A stretch of DNA of 32,884 nucleotides, from assembly GCF_001194135.2 (NCBI RefSeq), contig NC_069001.1, forward strand, positions 19,759,580-19,792,463. The letters are read 5' to 3'. Below the pieces are notes generated by a model, which saw nothing but the letters and a program-made list of their open reading frames with translations, ran no database searches and was not told the DNA's origin. Position numbers and translations under genes: made by a program. This DNA is from Octopus bimaculoides. Taxonomy: Eukaryota. Each line of letters starts with the position of its first letter. The first letter of the stretch is position 1. Of the stretch, positions 1-11,179 are shown piece after piece.

Positions 1-190
1 TGTGATACACGGTCCCTATTGATCGCTTTTTTTCCCCGATCCCTTTTGATCGAACTCCCCCCTTTTTTCTTTCCTACGATCCCTTTTGATCAACCCCCCT
101 TTTTTTCTCTCCTTCCCCCTCCCCAAAAGAAACGCTCTACATTGTATTTGTCCCATTTGTGTTGAGCCCTGTGTGGCTAATAAAAGAATA
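1..190 (+). mobile_element. 3' end (3'UTR) of a Tx1/L1-like non-LTR retrotransposon
   Basis: Ends AGCCCTGTGTGGCTAATAAAAGAA and contains GATCCCTTTTGATC; both closely match the 3' end of the RT-bearing element at 4490-6590. Confidence 0.7.
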
Positions 191-276
191 GATAGATGGA
201 TGGATGGATATCCATCCATCTATCTATCTATCTATCTATCCATCCATCCATCTATCTATCTATCTATCTATCTATC
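189..276. repeat. (GATA/GGAT)n to (ATCC/TATC)n microsatellite with strand flip
   Basis: Direct reading; the repeat changes orientation around position 209/210. Confidence 0.9.
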
Positions 277-2074
277 GTCCGTGACAATTTCGGCTGAGTT
301 GTTGCGTGATTGAGTGTATGTGTGTGTTTGCCTATATTTATGTGGGTGGGTGTGTATGTGATTGACTGAAGAACGCATCTCTCTGAATGACATCTATTGT
401 AAAGTCACCAACCCTCTACCACTTCACTTAGCAACACTCCACACCAGTTCTCTTCATCCTTCTGTTTATCTGTTACCAGCCCTCTACCACTTCACTTAAC
501 TATCCACCTCACATCAGTCCTCTTACTGCTACCTCTTGTCCTTCAAAAGTTGTCCATCCGTCCATTACAATTTTATAAGTTCTATGATAAAATAATATGT
601 GCTAAATAATGCGCATGGCACTAACAGAAACGCTGACATAGTCCATGCCGAAAAACTTTTATCAAAGTCAGTTTTATTTCGTACTAACTGGAGTGAAAGA
701 ACTCATAGTTGAGTTACCATTCCATTACTCACTTAGTTTGTGACATTTCTGCACACCAAGAATACATATACTCAAGGAATGGTCCCATGTCACCAAACAA
801 GTTTAAATGAATGTTTTCCTTCCACTTTTACAACTCCTCTTAGTTCAGTAATTCCGTTCTTATCCTCCAATTCCACTCTCATCTCAATTTTTTCTTTCAC
901 CTCACCCTCTTCTCCTCCTTCTTTTCCTCCTCATACCGCTCACCTTTCCTTCTGCCTCATCAAGTTTCTCTCTCTCCAACTACATACAGTGCACGTAGGA
1001 ATCTCACGTGGTCTTGCGTTCTTCATGAGTTGCAATCAGTTTTTCTAACATGTAAAACTCTGTTGTCTTTCATTTCACTCCTGTCGACTTTTACCTGGAA
1101 AAAGAGCTGGATTTTTCACTTTTGACGGCAAGTTCACTGTACGGTTTTTATCGATTTTACTATACATACACACACGCACCCCCACCCACATATGTAAGCA
1201 TAGGAGTGCATATGTGTGTGCATATGTTTGAGTCAGTGTACAGAATTTTATGCATGCCTTTGTGTAGGCATGTATATGTATATGTGTATATATGTATGTC
1301 TGTGTGTGTGTGTGTATCTGTATATGTCTGTAAAAATTGTAAAAATATGCCTAACAGCGTGTCTCAGTGGTAAACAGTAACACTTATTTTAATGTGATGT
1401 TCATAAATGATATTCATCTCACAGGTTGAAGTACATTTTTGTCGTTGATTCTACCTTAACGGAGATATTATATATATATATATATATATATATNNNNNNN
1501 NNNNNNNNNNNNNNNNNNNNNNNNNNNNNNNNNNNNNNNNNNNNNNNNNNNNNNNNNNNNNNNNNNNNNNNNNNNNNNNNNNNNNNNNNNNNNNNNNNNN
1601 NNNNNNNNNNNNNNNNNNNNNNNNATACATACATACATTCAATTCTCATTTTGCACGGTTTTGAAATAACACGGTCCAACAAAAAGAGCCGATTATTTAT
1701 TTTTTTTTGCATTATTTTCTTTACTTTAACACGGTTTAAACATCTGTCCTTGTGTGACCACGGAATTTATTGCAAGTGGCAAGTAAAGGATTAAGTAACG
1801 TTAATCAATTATAATTTACAAAACGCCGAAACTCTACGTATTAAGTAACAATTTAGCGAAGTGAAATATAATCTAATCTATTATTTCCACATAGTGATCC
1901 CCCACTCTCAGGTGTGGGTACTGTACATACCTCTGGCTGTGTGTAACCGCTCCATCAGACGGCACGAGGAAGCAGTCGTTAGCATCGGGTCTAAGACGAA
2001 AGACGTGTCGCATGTTTCTTTCATCTTCTTCTATATTTTTTATTTGTGATCGTTATAGTGATAACCTACCCCAA

Positions 2075-3935
2075 AATGTCGGTTGACACATCTAAGAAAA
2101 ATAAAAGAGCATCAATTTCTTTGGAGACCAAGATCAATATTTTGCATCGCCTTCGTGAGGGTGAAAGTAAGCTTTCTGCCTGAACGAAGCTACGATTAGA
2201 ACGATCAAGAGGATTCATGCTGCCATTAGATCTGTAGCCTCTGGAACAAAATTATCTGCAAAGTCGTTGTCAAGGGACATGACTCAAGAAAAAATGGAGA
2301 AAGCTCTAATAATATAGATAAAAGAAAATTTTAAAAAAAAGGATACCAGTAGATGGTAAAACCACAAAACAGATGGTATTACGATTTTACAAGAAGATTA
2401 ATGACCTGGAGTGCGTTACATCTGTCTTATGATAAAAAGAATGAATTTGCTGCAAGTTCGGGATGGCTTACGAAGGACACGCACTGCATAATATCAAAAT
2501 AAGAGGTAAAATTTCATCTGTAGATAAGACTGCTGCTGAAGAATTTCTTCCAAAACTAACCAAAATAATTGAAGAAGTCGGTTACATTTCAGACCAAGTT
2601 TTCAACGCAGATGAAACTGGTCTCTTTTGGAAAAAATTGCCTAACAGAGAAAAGTTCTTGTTATGTAGCAACGCTTCAGGAGATTGTTTGTTAAAACCGA
2701 TCGATTGTTTGTTAATTAATCGATCAGTTCATTGGCGAGCCAATAAAAAATCATGGATGACAGTAGAAATATTTACTGAATGGTTTAACAACTGCTTCGT
2801 TTCTGAAGTAAGAAGACATAAGATATATTATGAATGAACTAGAAAAAGATGATACACTTTCAATCTTTAAAGCATGGAAAAAATTTACTATAATTAATTG
2901 TGTTAATGATGCTGCCCTGGTTTTATCCAAATTAAAGCCATCCACCTTAAATGCATGTTAGAGATCACTTTGGCTAAAAAGCCTAAAAATCTCGTATCTA
3001 ATACCAACACGAACGAATTACATTCTATCATCACTTTGTCACATCAGATTGACAGAGAAGATTTTGAAGAATTAACAATTGACAAAGCTCCTAATGAAGA
3101 ACGAATTATAGTGAGTATTTCAGAGAATGTATATAATTCCACGTTAGTTTATAGTAGTGATGATGAAGAAGAGGTTCCACTATCTGCAAGTACAATTCTA
3201 GAAGGACTCCAAATAGCCAATAAACTTGGAAATAATTTTCTTACAAATAATAACGTAAAAGCTGAGACATGGCGAACAACAGTTAAGTCAAATAAGTAAA
3301 TACAATCATTCATCAACAGATGCTTACGTAGTATATTTAAAATTAGATGGCCCAAACACATAAGCAATATGGAGCTATGACAAAGAACAAATCAAGTTTC
3401 GATTAGGGAGCAAATCTTTAAGAAAAAGTGGAAGTGGATTGGTAGCACAATTAGAAAAGACACACCAAATGTAGCGAAAAGTGCTTTACAGTGGAATCCA
3501 GATGGATAAAGAAAGAGGGGTAGGTTTAAGAACTCGTGGCGTAGATTAAAACAAAAGGAACTAGAGAAAGGGGAACATTCATGGCAGAGTATAAGTACAG
3601 AAGCGAAAAATTATGCGACATGGAATTCAATTATAAGTGGCCTATACTCCGCGTTGGAGGGTTAAAGGCAAGAAAAAAAATAACAATGTTGAACGAGCTG
3701 TGCAATTCCAACGTGATTTGAAAATGATTATGCACGTTATGAAGAATCATATAAAAAACTAATAAAAACAAAATCACAGCGTCTGATAACCGAATTCGTA
3801 TTCAAAACAAGTGAAACAAAAGAAACCCAATATGTTAATTTTATTCAAGATGCACATGAAGATATATTGCAATTAAATGTTTCCGATGACGAGAGTGATT
3901 TTGCGCCACCGAAAAACAACAGAAAGCGGGCACGT
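2075..3935 (+). mobile_element. Degenerate Tigger/pogo (CENP-B-like, DDE_1) transposase, interrupted by an RTE fragment
   Basis: N-terminal KRASISLETKINILHRL HTH-like start; DQVFNADETGLFWKKLP; KSWMTVEIFTEWFNNCF; C-terminal NVERAVQFQRDL...KSQRLITEFVF resumes after 3680. Multiple stops and frameshifts. Confidence 0.85.
3257..3680 (+). mobile_element. 5'-truncated RTE-clade LINE (ORF2 C-terminus plus A-rich tail)
   Basis: Reads AETW...FINRCLRSIFKIRWP...KWKWIGSTIRK...ALQWNPDG*RKRGR..SWRR, the characteristic RTE ORF2 end, followed by AAGAAAAAAAA. Confidence 0.85.
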
Positions 3936-4489
3936 TTATATATATATATAAGCATAGATACATGTATGTATGTGTGTGTGTATATAGATTGATAGATAGA
4001 TAAATAGATAGGTAACTTTCTTTATTGGCCACACAGGGCTGAACATAGAAGTGACAAATACAAAGTAGAGTTTTTTTTTTTCGGGGAGTCGAAAACAAAT
4101 AAAAATAAAAATAGGGAAAACGATCAAAAAGGGATCAAAATCGTTTGGGATANNNNNNNNNNNNNNNNNNNNNNNNNNNNNNNNNNNNNNNNNNNNNNNN
4201 NNNNNNNNNNNNNNNNNNNNNNNNNNNNNNNNNNNNNNNNNNNNNNNNNNNNNNNNNNNNNNNNNNNNNNNNNNNNNNNNNNNNNNNNNNNNNNNNNNNN
4301 NNNNNNNNNNNNNNNNNNNNNNNNNNNNNNNNNNNNNNGACCACTCATGACTAGCTAGCGCGGGTGCGCGTTCGGGACCACTCTGCTTTAGTAGTACCTA
4401 TATATATATATATATATATATATAAGCATAGATACATGTATGTATGTGTGTGTGTATATAGATTGATAGATAGATAAATAGATAGGTAA

Positions 4490-6590
4490 CTTTCTTTATT
4501 GGCCACACAGGGCTGAACATAGAAGTGACAAATACAAAGTAGAGTTTTTTTTTTTCGGGGAGTCGAAAACAAATAAAAATAAAAATAGGGAAAACGATCA
4601 AAAAGGGATCAAAATCGTTTGGGATATCCAAAAGTCGAAATAGTACAAAAAGTTCCCAAAAGTGGGAAGTAAATCCGTGGAAAGAAAAACCTACGAAAAG
4701 ACCACGGTAACCTCGGGCAGTAATGTCATACAATAACACATTTACAAGTATGTAACTCTCATTCTTCCTTTGTTTTTTTTTATGGTTTATAGGATTATGT
4801 TCAAGGTGGCTCCGCCATTCACACGTGCCATCCTTGCTACATTCACCCATCTTTTGTTGAAGCATTCGCTAGACAAAACTTCCCTCTCTACTTTCACCTT
4901 CCTTTTCAAGTGATACTTGAAGTTGATGAGTGAGTAACCAGAGAGGAAAGTGTTTGTCTCTAGTCCTTTCAGACGCGTGAAGCACACACATTCTTTCGCC
5001 ATAACCACAAGTACGATAATAATGGCTCTTCCTTCCCGTTTGAAGGAAGGAGGCGCGACAATATTCACGATAGACCGACTTGTCCCACATGTGACAGCAG
5101 TCGTTCGACATAAGCCCATAGGTCGGAAATGGTTAGACACTGCACGAGTGCGTGCAGAACGGTTTCGTCGCTCTGACCGCATCTCGGGCAGGTCAGCCAG
5201 GTGTTTTTCGAGCCATACCTATAGAGCTTATTCCAGACGGGTAGCGCTTCTCGATAGCACTGCAAGGCCAGGGATCTCTGGAAGTTGTCCATAGGTCTCG
5301 GCCCGAAAGTCGTCTTGAACAGGCGGGTCAGGTATTCCTCGTCGATGCCCAGGTTCGCCCCGAGATCATCGTCGTACCTCCCCTCCATTAATCCCATATA
5401 GAATGCTTTGGTTGTAATGCAGTCGCTCAAGGTCGACCCGGGACGGCATAGTTGCTGGAGAGAAACGTGACACCCTCGGTGCCATTCGCCTTTCCTCGGC
5501 CTCTTCTTGATCCACGACTGCAGCTCGGCCATGGAGACGAGCTGCGAAAAAGCGCGCTGCATAAACGGCGACTACACCTGTCTACGCATCATCAACCACG
5601 GCATGCCCAGCCCTCCTTTTAGAGGGTGTTGGCAGCAAACCGATCGTCTGACCATCGGAGCACTTCCTTTCCAAAGGAAGTGGAAGAGGATGCGTTTCAG
5701 TTTGGTGAGGGTAGGGTCGGGACAAGGAACGACGGTCAGGTGGTAGTAGATGACGGACGCGATGTACACATTCGCCACCTCCGTCCGACCTTTTAGGGAC
5801 AACTTTCTCTCGGCCAATTGCCGGGAGAGAGTGGCCACCCTACTTGTTATCTCGTCCCAGTTCTTCTCCGCTTGGATGTCCGGACCAAATCAGACGCCGA
5901 GCAACTCGACCGGAGGCGCTGCTGGACGGCATGAGCTTGCATCTTCAGGTGCTGAGCCGCAAACCCACTAACTTTTCCCGGTTGATAGTCTTTCAGTATC
6001 CCGCCGACCAGCTCGATGTGCACGTGGCTAGACACTATGACGGTGACATCGTCCGCGTATGTGGACACGCTCATCCCGCACCCCAGTTCTCGCGGGATTC
6101 CCTTCAGCGTCGCCAGCTTCTGTAGTAGTGGCTTGAGAGTTAATACGTACAGAAGTGACGAAAGGGGGCATCCCTGACAGACCGAACGTGCGATGTCGAA
6201 AGGTCTCGATAGATGCCCGTTCACGCGAATTACCGAACGGATGCCTCTGTACAAGGCAGTCATCCAGCCGCGGAAGACAGGACCGAATCCGGCTGTTATG
6301 AGGACAGCCTCCAAGTATCTATGGCCTATCATATCGAAAGCTTTGGATTGATCCAAATTGATCAGGGCCCTACCCATACTAGGTTCTTTAACTATCCTGT
6401 CTACGATGTAGCGCATCAGATGGAGGTTGTCATAGATGCTCCGGCCCAGCACGGCGCACGTTTGCGCCTTGTCGACCAGTTTCTCGATGACAAGCGCCAA
6501 CCTCTTGGCCAAAATTTTCAAATCTGCATTGAGCAGAGTGATGAGCCTAAAGTTATCTATTACGTCCCCCTTGTTTGGAAGAAGATTCTT
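4490..6590 (-). mobile_element. 5'-truncated Tx1-like LINE: RT, C-terminal zinc finger and 3'UTR (pseudogenised ORF2)
   Basis: NFRLITLLNADLKILAKRL, NLDQSKAFD, QGCPLSSLLY, YADDVT, CPRCGQSDETVLHALVQC; ends AGCCCTGTGTGGCCAATAAAGAAA. Confidence 0.93.
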
Positions 6591-6834
6591 TGATAAGAGA
6601 AAAGATAGGAGAAGAGAAAGATAGAAATGTGTCTGCGCTGCACAACAGAATGAAGGAAAAGAAAGATGATCACGTGAGGAAAGGAAAGATGGACGCAGCG
6701 TTCGCTACCTTACCTCGTCTGGGCCTGACGTCCCTCCCTGTTTGTATTCGTTTCGTTTAGTTTATTGTATGTCCTGTTTTTGTTACCAACTTTGACCCTC
6801 TGCAAATCCCAAATTTTATTTTGGTTCGCAGGTG

Positions 6835-6990
6835 CAACTGCCTTCAAAGTTCATTGCTCGGAATAAGGAGTAGAAGGACAGCCGACAACTGATGAAGGGT
6901 CGTTTTTATGTTACTGGCTTGTTTCCATTTGTTTCTCTCGTTTTTTGCGTACCCAACGTTATTTTCGTATTTCATGTTGCTTATACATAT
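6835..6990. repeat. Interspersed repeat with a second copy at about 17560-17700, possibly Penelope-terminus related
   Basis: Shared GACAGCCGACAACTGATGAA(G/A)GGTCGTTT and downstream TTCTCTCGTT...CGTATTTCATGTTG. The Penelope link is inference. Confidence 0.55.
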
Positions 6991-7169
6991 GTATGTATGT
7001 ATATATGAGTCTGTATATATGCATACACACACACACACACACACACATACATATATATATATTTATGTGTTATATTATTATTTGATTGAACGCCACGCAG
7101 CCATTTCCAAGTAATTTATATATATATGTGTGTGTGTATGTGTGTTTGTGAGTTTGTATAGACACACTT

Positions 7170-7280
7170 ACAGCTACAGGCATGGATAGGCACTTTGAGC
7201 AAATGTCTTCTACTATAGCGTCAACCAAAGCCCTTTGAGTGGATTTGGTAGACGGAAATTGAAAGAAGCCCACCATATAG
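7170..7280 (+). mobile_element. Internal fragment of the same tRNA-SINE family as 8847-9235
   Basis: TGTCTTCTACTATAGC...GAGTGGATTTGGTAGACGGAAATTGAAAGAAGCC matches 8900-8985. Confidence 0.8.
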
Positions 7281-7345
7281 TATGTATCTATGTATGCATG
7301 TGCGTATGTATCTGGCTCAGTAGGAATGTAGATATGTATGTGTAA

Positions 7346-7384
<39 letters not shown>

Positions 7385-7389
<5 letters not shown>

Positions 7390-7594
7390 GGCATTCGCCA
7401 TGATAGATCGCTGACCACTACATTTATATTTTTTTCTCCTTGTTTCTCTCCTTGTTTCTTTCTGTGTTCCCTTCAGTTGAAGAGCGTAGTTCGAAATGTC
7501 AAAAACTTTCTCTATTCCCGAGCGTTAAACTAATACATCCATGTGTTGTTTACACCACCTGTCTTCGTCTGTTGTTTTTTTCGTAAATTCTCCC

Positions 7595-7595
<1 letters not shown>
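7385..7595 (+). repeat. Interspersed repeat with a degenerate hammerhead-like core (Penelope-type terminus)
   Basis: GTTGAAGAGCGTAGTTCGAAATGT resembles (C)UGAAGA-stem II-GAAA but is degenerate; flanked by (TA)n. Confidence 0.35.
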
Positions 7596-7633
<38 letters not shown>

Positions 7634-8084
7634 TGAGAAAGTTGGTATGTGAAAGCACGTGGTTGGATGTATAAAAGATAAACAAGAGTGAAAAAACTAC
7701 AGAAGGCTTGTGTTACATGGTTAAAGTATATATTTAAATTGTTCTGTCAGAAAAATGTTACAAAATTTTNNNNNNNNNNTGTATTTGGAGAAATAACCGG
7801 TTTCGTGTTGTCTTTTCAAATTTCTCTACTTGTATCGTAACATGTCTTCGCTCCCGTGTGTAAAAAAGAGTTCTAGATAGGGGGAGGTAATCAGGGATTT
7901 CTTCCGGTATAAGGGAGATAATCGAAATGTAAGAGGTGGTAGATTTTGATTAATTTACCATGGTTTGGTTTAGAAGGAATAGTATGTTAGGTTTTGTTCT
8001 ATATTTTTTCCTCTCAGTGAGGTGAATTTCCTTATTTAAAAGTATTAGCAATGGTGAAGTTTGGGTTTATATTTTTGAATGAAG

Positions 8085-8846
8085 AAGGTTTCCAAGCGGC
8101 ACAGGAGATGGGGGGATTTTGCTCTACCCCCATGTGCTCGCCAGCGTAGGTCCCTGCTCCCGTAGCCTCTAAAAGAAAGAGGAAAAAGAGGAGCAGAGGA
8201 CAGTCGGTGGATGCCCCTGTGCCGCAGACTGAATCGCTGGCGGGATGTGTGCCACCAGTAGAAAAGTGTGCCGCTGACGGAGCCGCTTGAGGCCCCTTCC
8301 CGTGAGGAGGAGGAGTTTGTCCTCCTTTATCACTGGAGAGGGCCTGTAAAAGAATTCTTGGACGGACTGTGCGACCGATAACGTAAGTACTCGGATTGCA
8401 CAGCCAGTCCAGTATGGCCTCCGCAGGTGATTGCGGAGGTCGTACAATATGAGCTTTTGTCAAAGGTCGCCATGACCTTTGACAGGAATGAATTTACATT
8501 CTTCTTCACGGGCCCCGACTTGTCGGTGCAAAGTTGTCTGCAAGCGGCAAGTCAACTTGCTTGGGGGCACCGATGAAGTGGATTGAATTGAACCTTGAAA
8601 CATTAATTGTGTTTATATTGATTGTGTTTAATATTAATATTAATTGTGTTTATTATTGAACTTATTGAACAATGTTTTCGAGGGGTTATCGGTCGGCGGG
8701 CGCCGGTTCCCTCCCATTTTTATTTTCTACTTTCTTTATCACCTTCATCTCATCAATGTCTGTGTCCAGCCCGCAGCTACTTTATGTCTGTCTGTTCTTG
8801 TTTGTCCCCTCTTTGTAAGGCCTAAATGGCCAATCTAAATGAAATA
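8085..8846 (+). mobile_element. 3' part of an ORF1-only Tx1-derived element (copy C), ending at the SINE target site
   Basis: + strand reads SKRKRKK...GPVKEFLDGLCDR*...WPPQVIAEV, homologous to GPVEKYLDGLLDR...WPPQVAVEV at 11384-11752 (-). 8668-8707 is identical to the reverse complement of 11292-11331. Confidence 0.8.
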
Positions 8847-9235
8847 AAGTAGCTTGCTTACCAGCTACATGGTTCCGGGTTCATTCCCATTGCGTGGCAC
8901 CTTGGGCAAGTGTCTTCTACTATAGCCTCGGGCCGACCAAAGCCTTGTGAGTGGATTTGGTAGATGGAAACTGAAAGAAGCCTGTCGTATATATATGTAT
9001 ATATATGTATGTGTATGTATATGTTTGTGTGTCTGTGTTTGTCCCCCAACATCGCTTGACAACCGATGGTGGTGTGTTTACGTCCCCGTAACATTAGCGG
9101 TTCGGCAAAAGAGACCGATAGAATAAGTACTAGGCTTACAAAGAATAAGCCCTTGGGTCGATCTGCTCGACTAAAGACGGTGCTCCAGCATGGCCGCAGT
9201 CAAATGACTGAAACAAGTAAAAGAGTAAAAGAGTA
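8847..9235 (+). mobile_element. tRNA-derived SINE lacking its first ~25 nt (B box, body, internal TA/TG microsatellite, GAGTAAAA tail)
   Basis: Begins AAGTAGCTTGCTTACC...GGTTCCGGGTTCATTCCC (B-box-like) and ends GTAAAAGAGTAAAAGAG. The missing head is present at 12996-13030. Confidence 0.85.
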
Positions 9236-9714
9236 TATACACATACTAAACCATCAATATATATATATATATATATACATCAAAATACACAGATGGATGT
9301 ACACAGACTACATACATATATATGTAAGACGTAAATATGTGTATTTGTGTGTATATTCTTATGCTCCAAATATACACTTTACCTGTCATTATACCGAATC
9401 CTGTTTTATTGCATTATTTCTTTTATCTTACTTCCATTGTACTATTTCTAAGCATTTTTAATTATCATTATAATTTACCATACGCTCTTTATTATTATCA
9501 TATTATATTTTTCCTGATTTATATAATTTTACCAATTCCATCTTTATTATTATCCAAATTCCTTTTTATAACCCCACCCTTTTTATTATAACCCCCTTTT
9601 TCCACTTAAATTTTTATCTATTATCATCTCTCACTTACTATTATCACTTTCCTTTCATATAATGGCTTATGGTATGCTATTGATTGTATACTTCCTTATT
9701 TATTTAACACGATG

Positions 9715-11167
9715 ATTACCATCCTTATTCCTACCCTGGGTGCAGTTCTTTTTGATGTGACCAGGTTCCAGGCATTGGTGACACTTGGGGGGGGGGGCGT
9801 CCCTCAAGTATCACCGGGTACCTGGCCCCGGCCATCACCAAAAATTCAGGGAATATTAGGTCACCGGCCGACTGGGTCCAAAGGGTCAGAACTGCTTTTG
9901 ACCCAACCCAATCGGTCGCGGCTTCCACCCTGCCACCAAGGAACTTGGTTCCACTGCCACCCAGACCTCTACGAATGGTCTGTTCGATCCATTCGGACCG
10001 AACTCCGGGCAGCAGCCCACATACCCAAACCCTCATTATTTTCTTCCCACAATATNNNNNNNNNNNNNNNNNNNNNNNNNNNNNNNNNNNNNNNNNNNNN
10101 NNNNNNNNNNNNNNNNNNNNNNNNNNNNNNNNNNNNNNNNNNNNNNNNNNNNNNNNNNNNNNNNNNNNNNNNNNNNTGTTGGCACTCCGTCGCTTACGAC
10201 GTCGAGGGTTTCAGTTGATCCGATCAACGGAACAGCCTGCTCGTGAAATTAACGTGCAAGTGGCTGAGCACTCCACAGACGTGTGTACCCTTAACGTAGT
10301 GCTCGGGGATATTCAGCGTGACACAGTGTGACAAGGCTGACCCTTTGAATTACAGGCACAACAGAAACAGGAAGAAAGAGTGAGAGAAAGTTGTGGTGAA
10401 AGAGTACAGCAGGATTCGCCACCATCCCCTGCCGAAGCCTCGTGGAGCTTTAGGTGTTTTCGCTCAATAAACACTTACAACGCCCGGTTTGGGAATCGAA
10501 ACCGCGATCTTAAGACCACGAGTCATTGCACCTCCACAATCAGTAAAGATAGAACAGCAGAAAGTTCGAAACAAAGAATTTAATCGAATAGAAAAAAAAG
10601 GAAGGAAGGAAGAATAAAAAAAATAAAAACAGTCCAAAGCACAGCAACTTCGATCTTCCGGCCAACTAGTATATCCACAGGAACACAGCAACCGGAGCAA
10701 AGGGTCACAAATTACACCAACAAAAATTGGTAGAAGAAATTCCACAATACAATCTTCCGGCCACCAGTATTCCAGGTGAAATAGCAGGAACACAAAAAAA
10801 TCCTTCACAAATTGTTAGAATTTTCAAAATTTCACAAAAACAACAATTCTCGCAATTAAGTGAGACACAAAATTTTTTCACAAAAAGTTCTCAGTCCGCC
10901 GTTATGGTGACTCGAATACGCCCACCAATAACGACGAACGAGAAACACAATTTTGCTTACTGAGTGAGCAACATCTTAAATTCGCCGAAAGCAGAGGAAA
11001 CTGCCCCAGAGCTGGGCGAAATTTACTGAAAAAAAATTAAAACACAGTAAATTACATCCATCTCAAAAAACAATTACATCTACCTCGGCTGACTTCACAA
11101 ATTTTCAATTTAGGACGTGCAACTTCGTGGAACTGTAAGAAGCAACTGAACTCCGGAACCGGAAGTT
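9715..11167 (-). mobile_element. Tx1-derived element copy B: 5' end, 5'UTR and ORF1 to the CCHC knuckle; contains a gap and a SINE
   Basis: Starts AACTTCCGGTTCCGGAGTTCAGTTGCT like copy A; 5'UTR similar to 12700-12995; ORF1 RVWVCGLLP...YPVILEGRPP then CHQCLEPGHIKKNC. Confidence 0.85.
10177..10535 (-). mobile_element. tRNA-derived SINE of a second family, inserted in copy B
   Basis: Minus strand has B-box-like GGTTTCGATTCCC near 10495-10505, and the sequence is unrelated to the surrounding ORF1 element. Confidence 0.7.
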
Positions 11168-11179
11168 AGCAAGCTACTT

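Noticed and set aside
4339-4397. GC-rich stretch with GACCACTC twice, next to a gap
   Set aside because: Too short, at a contig edge and matching nothing I recognise; may be low-quality sequence.
3937-4630. About 215-bp essentially identical direct duplication (3937-4152 versus about 4400-4625) across an N gap
   Set aside because: Identical sequence on both sides of a gap is typical of unmerged contig overlap; probably an assembly artefact.
6860-6900. CTGATGAAGGG here and CTGATGAAAGG at about 17595 as intact hammerheads
   Set aside because: No correctly placed downstream GAAA, stem II or stem III could be drawn.
7790-8080. Possible ORF1-like peptide on the minus strand (IPEEIPDYLPL...RRHVTIQVE)
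   Set aside because: Similarity is too weak and interrupted by stops to assign.
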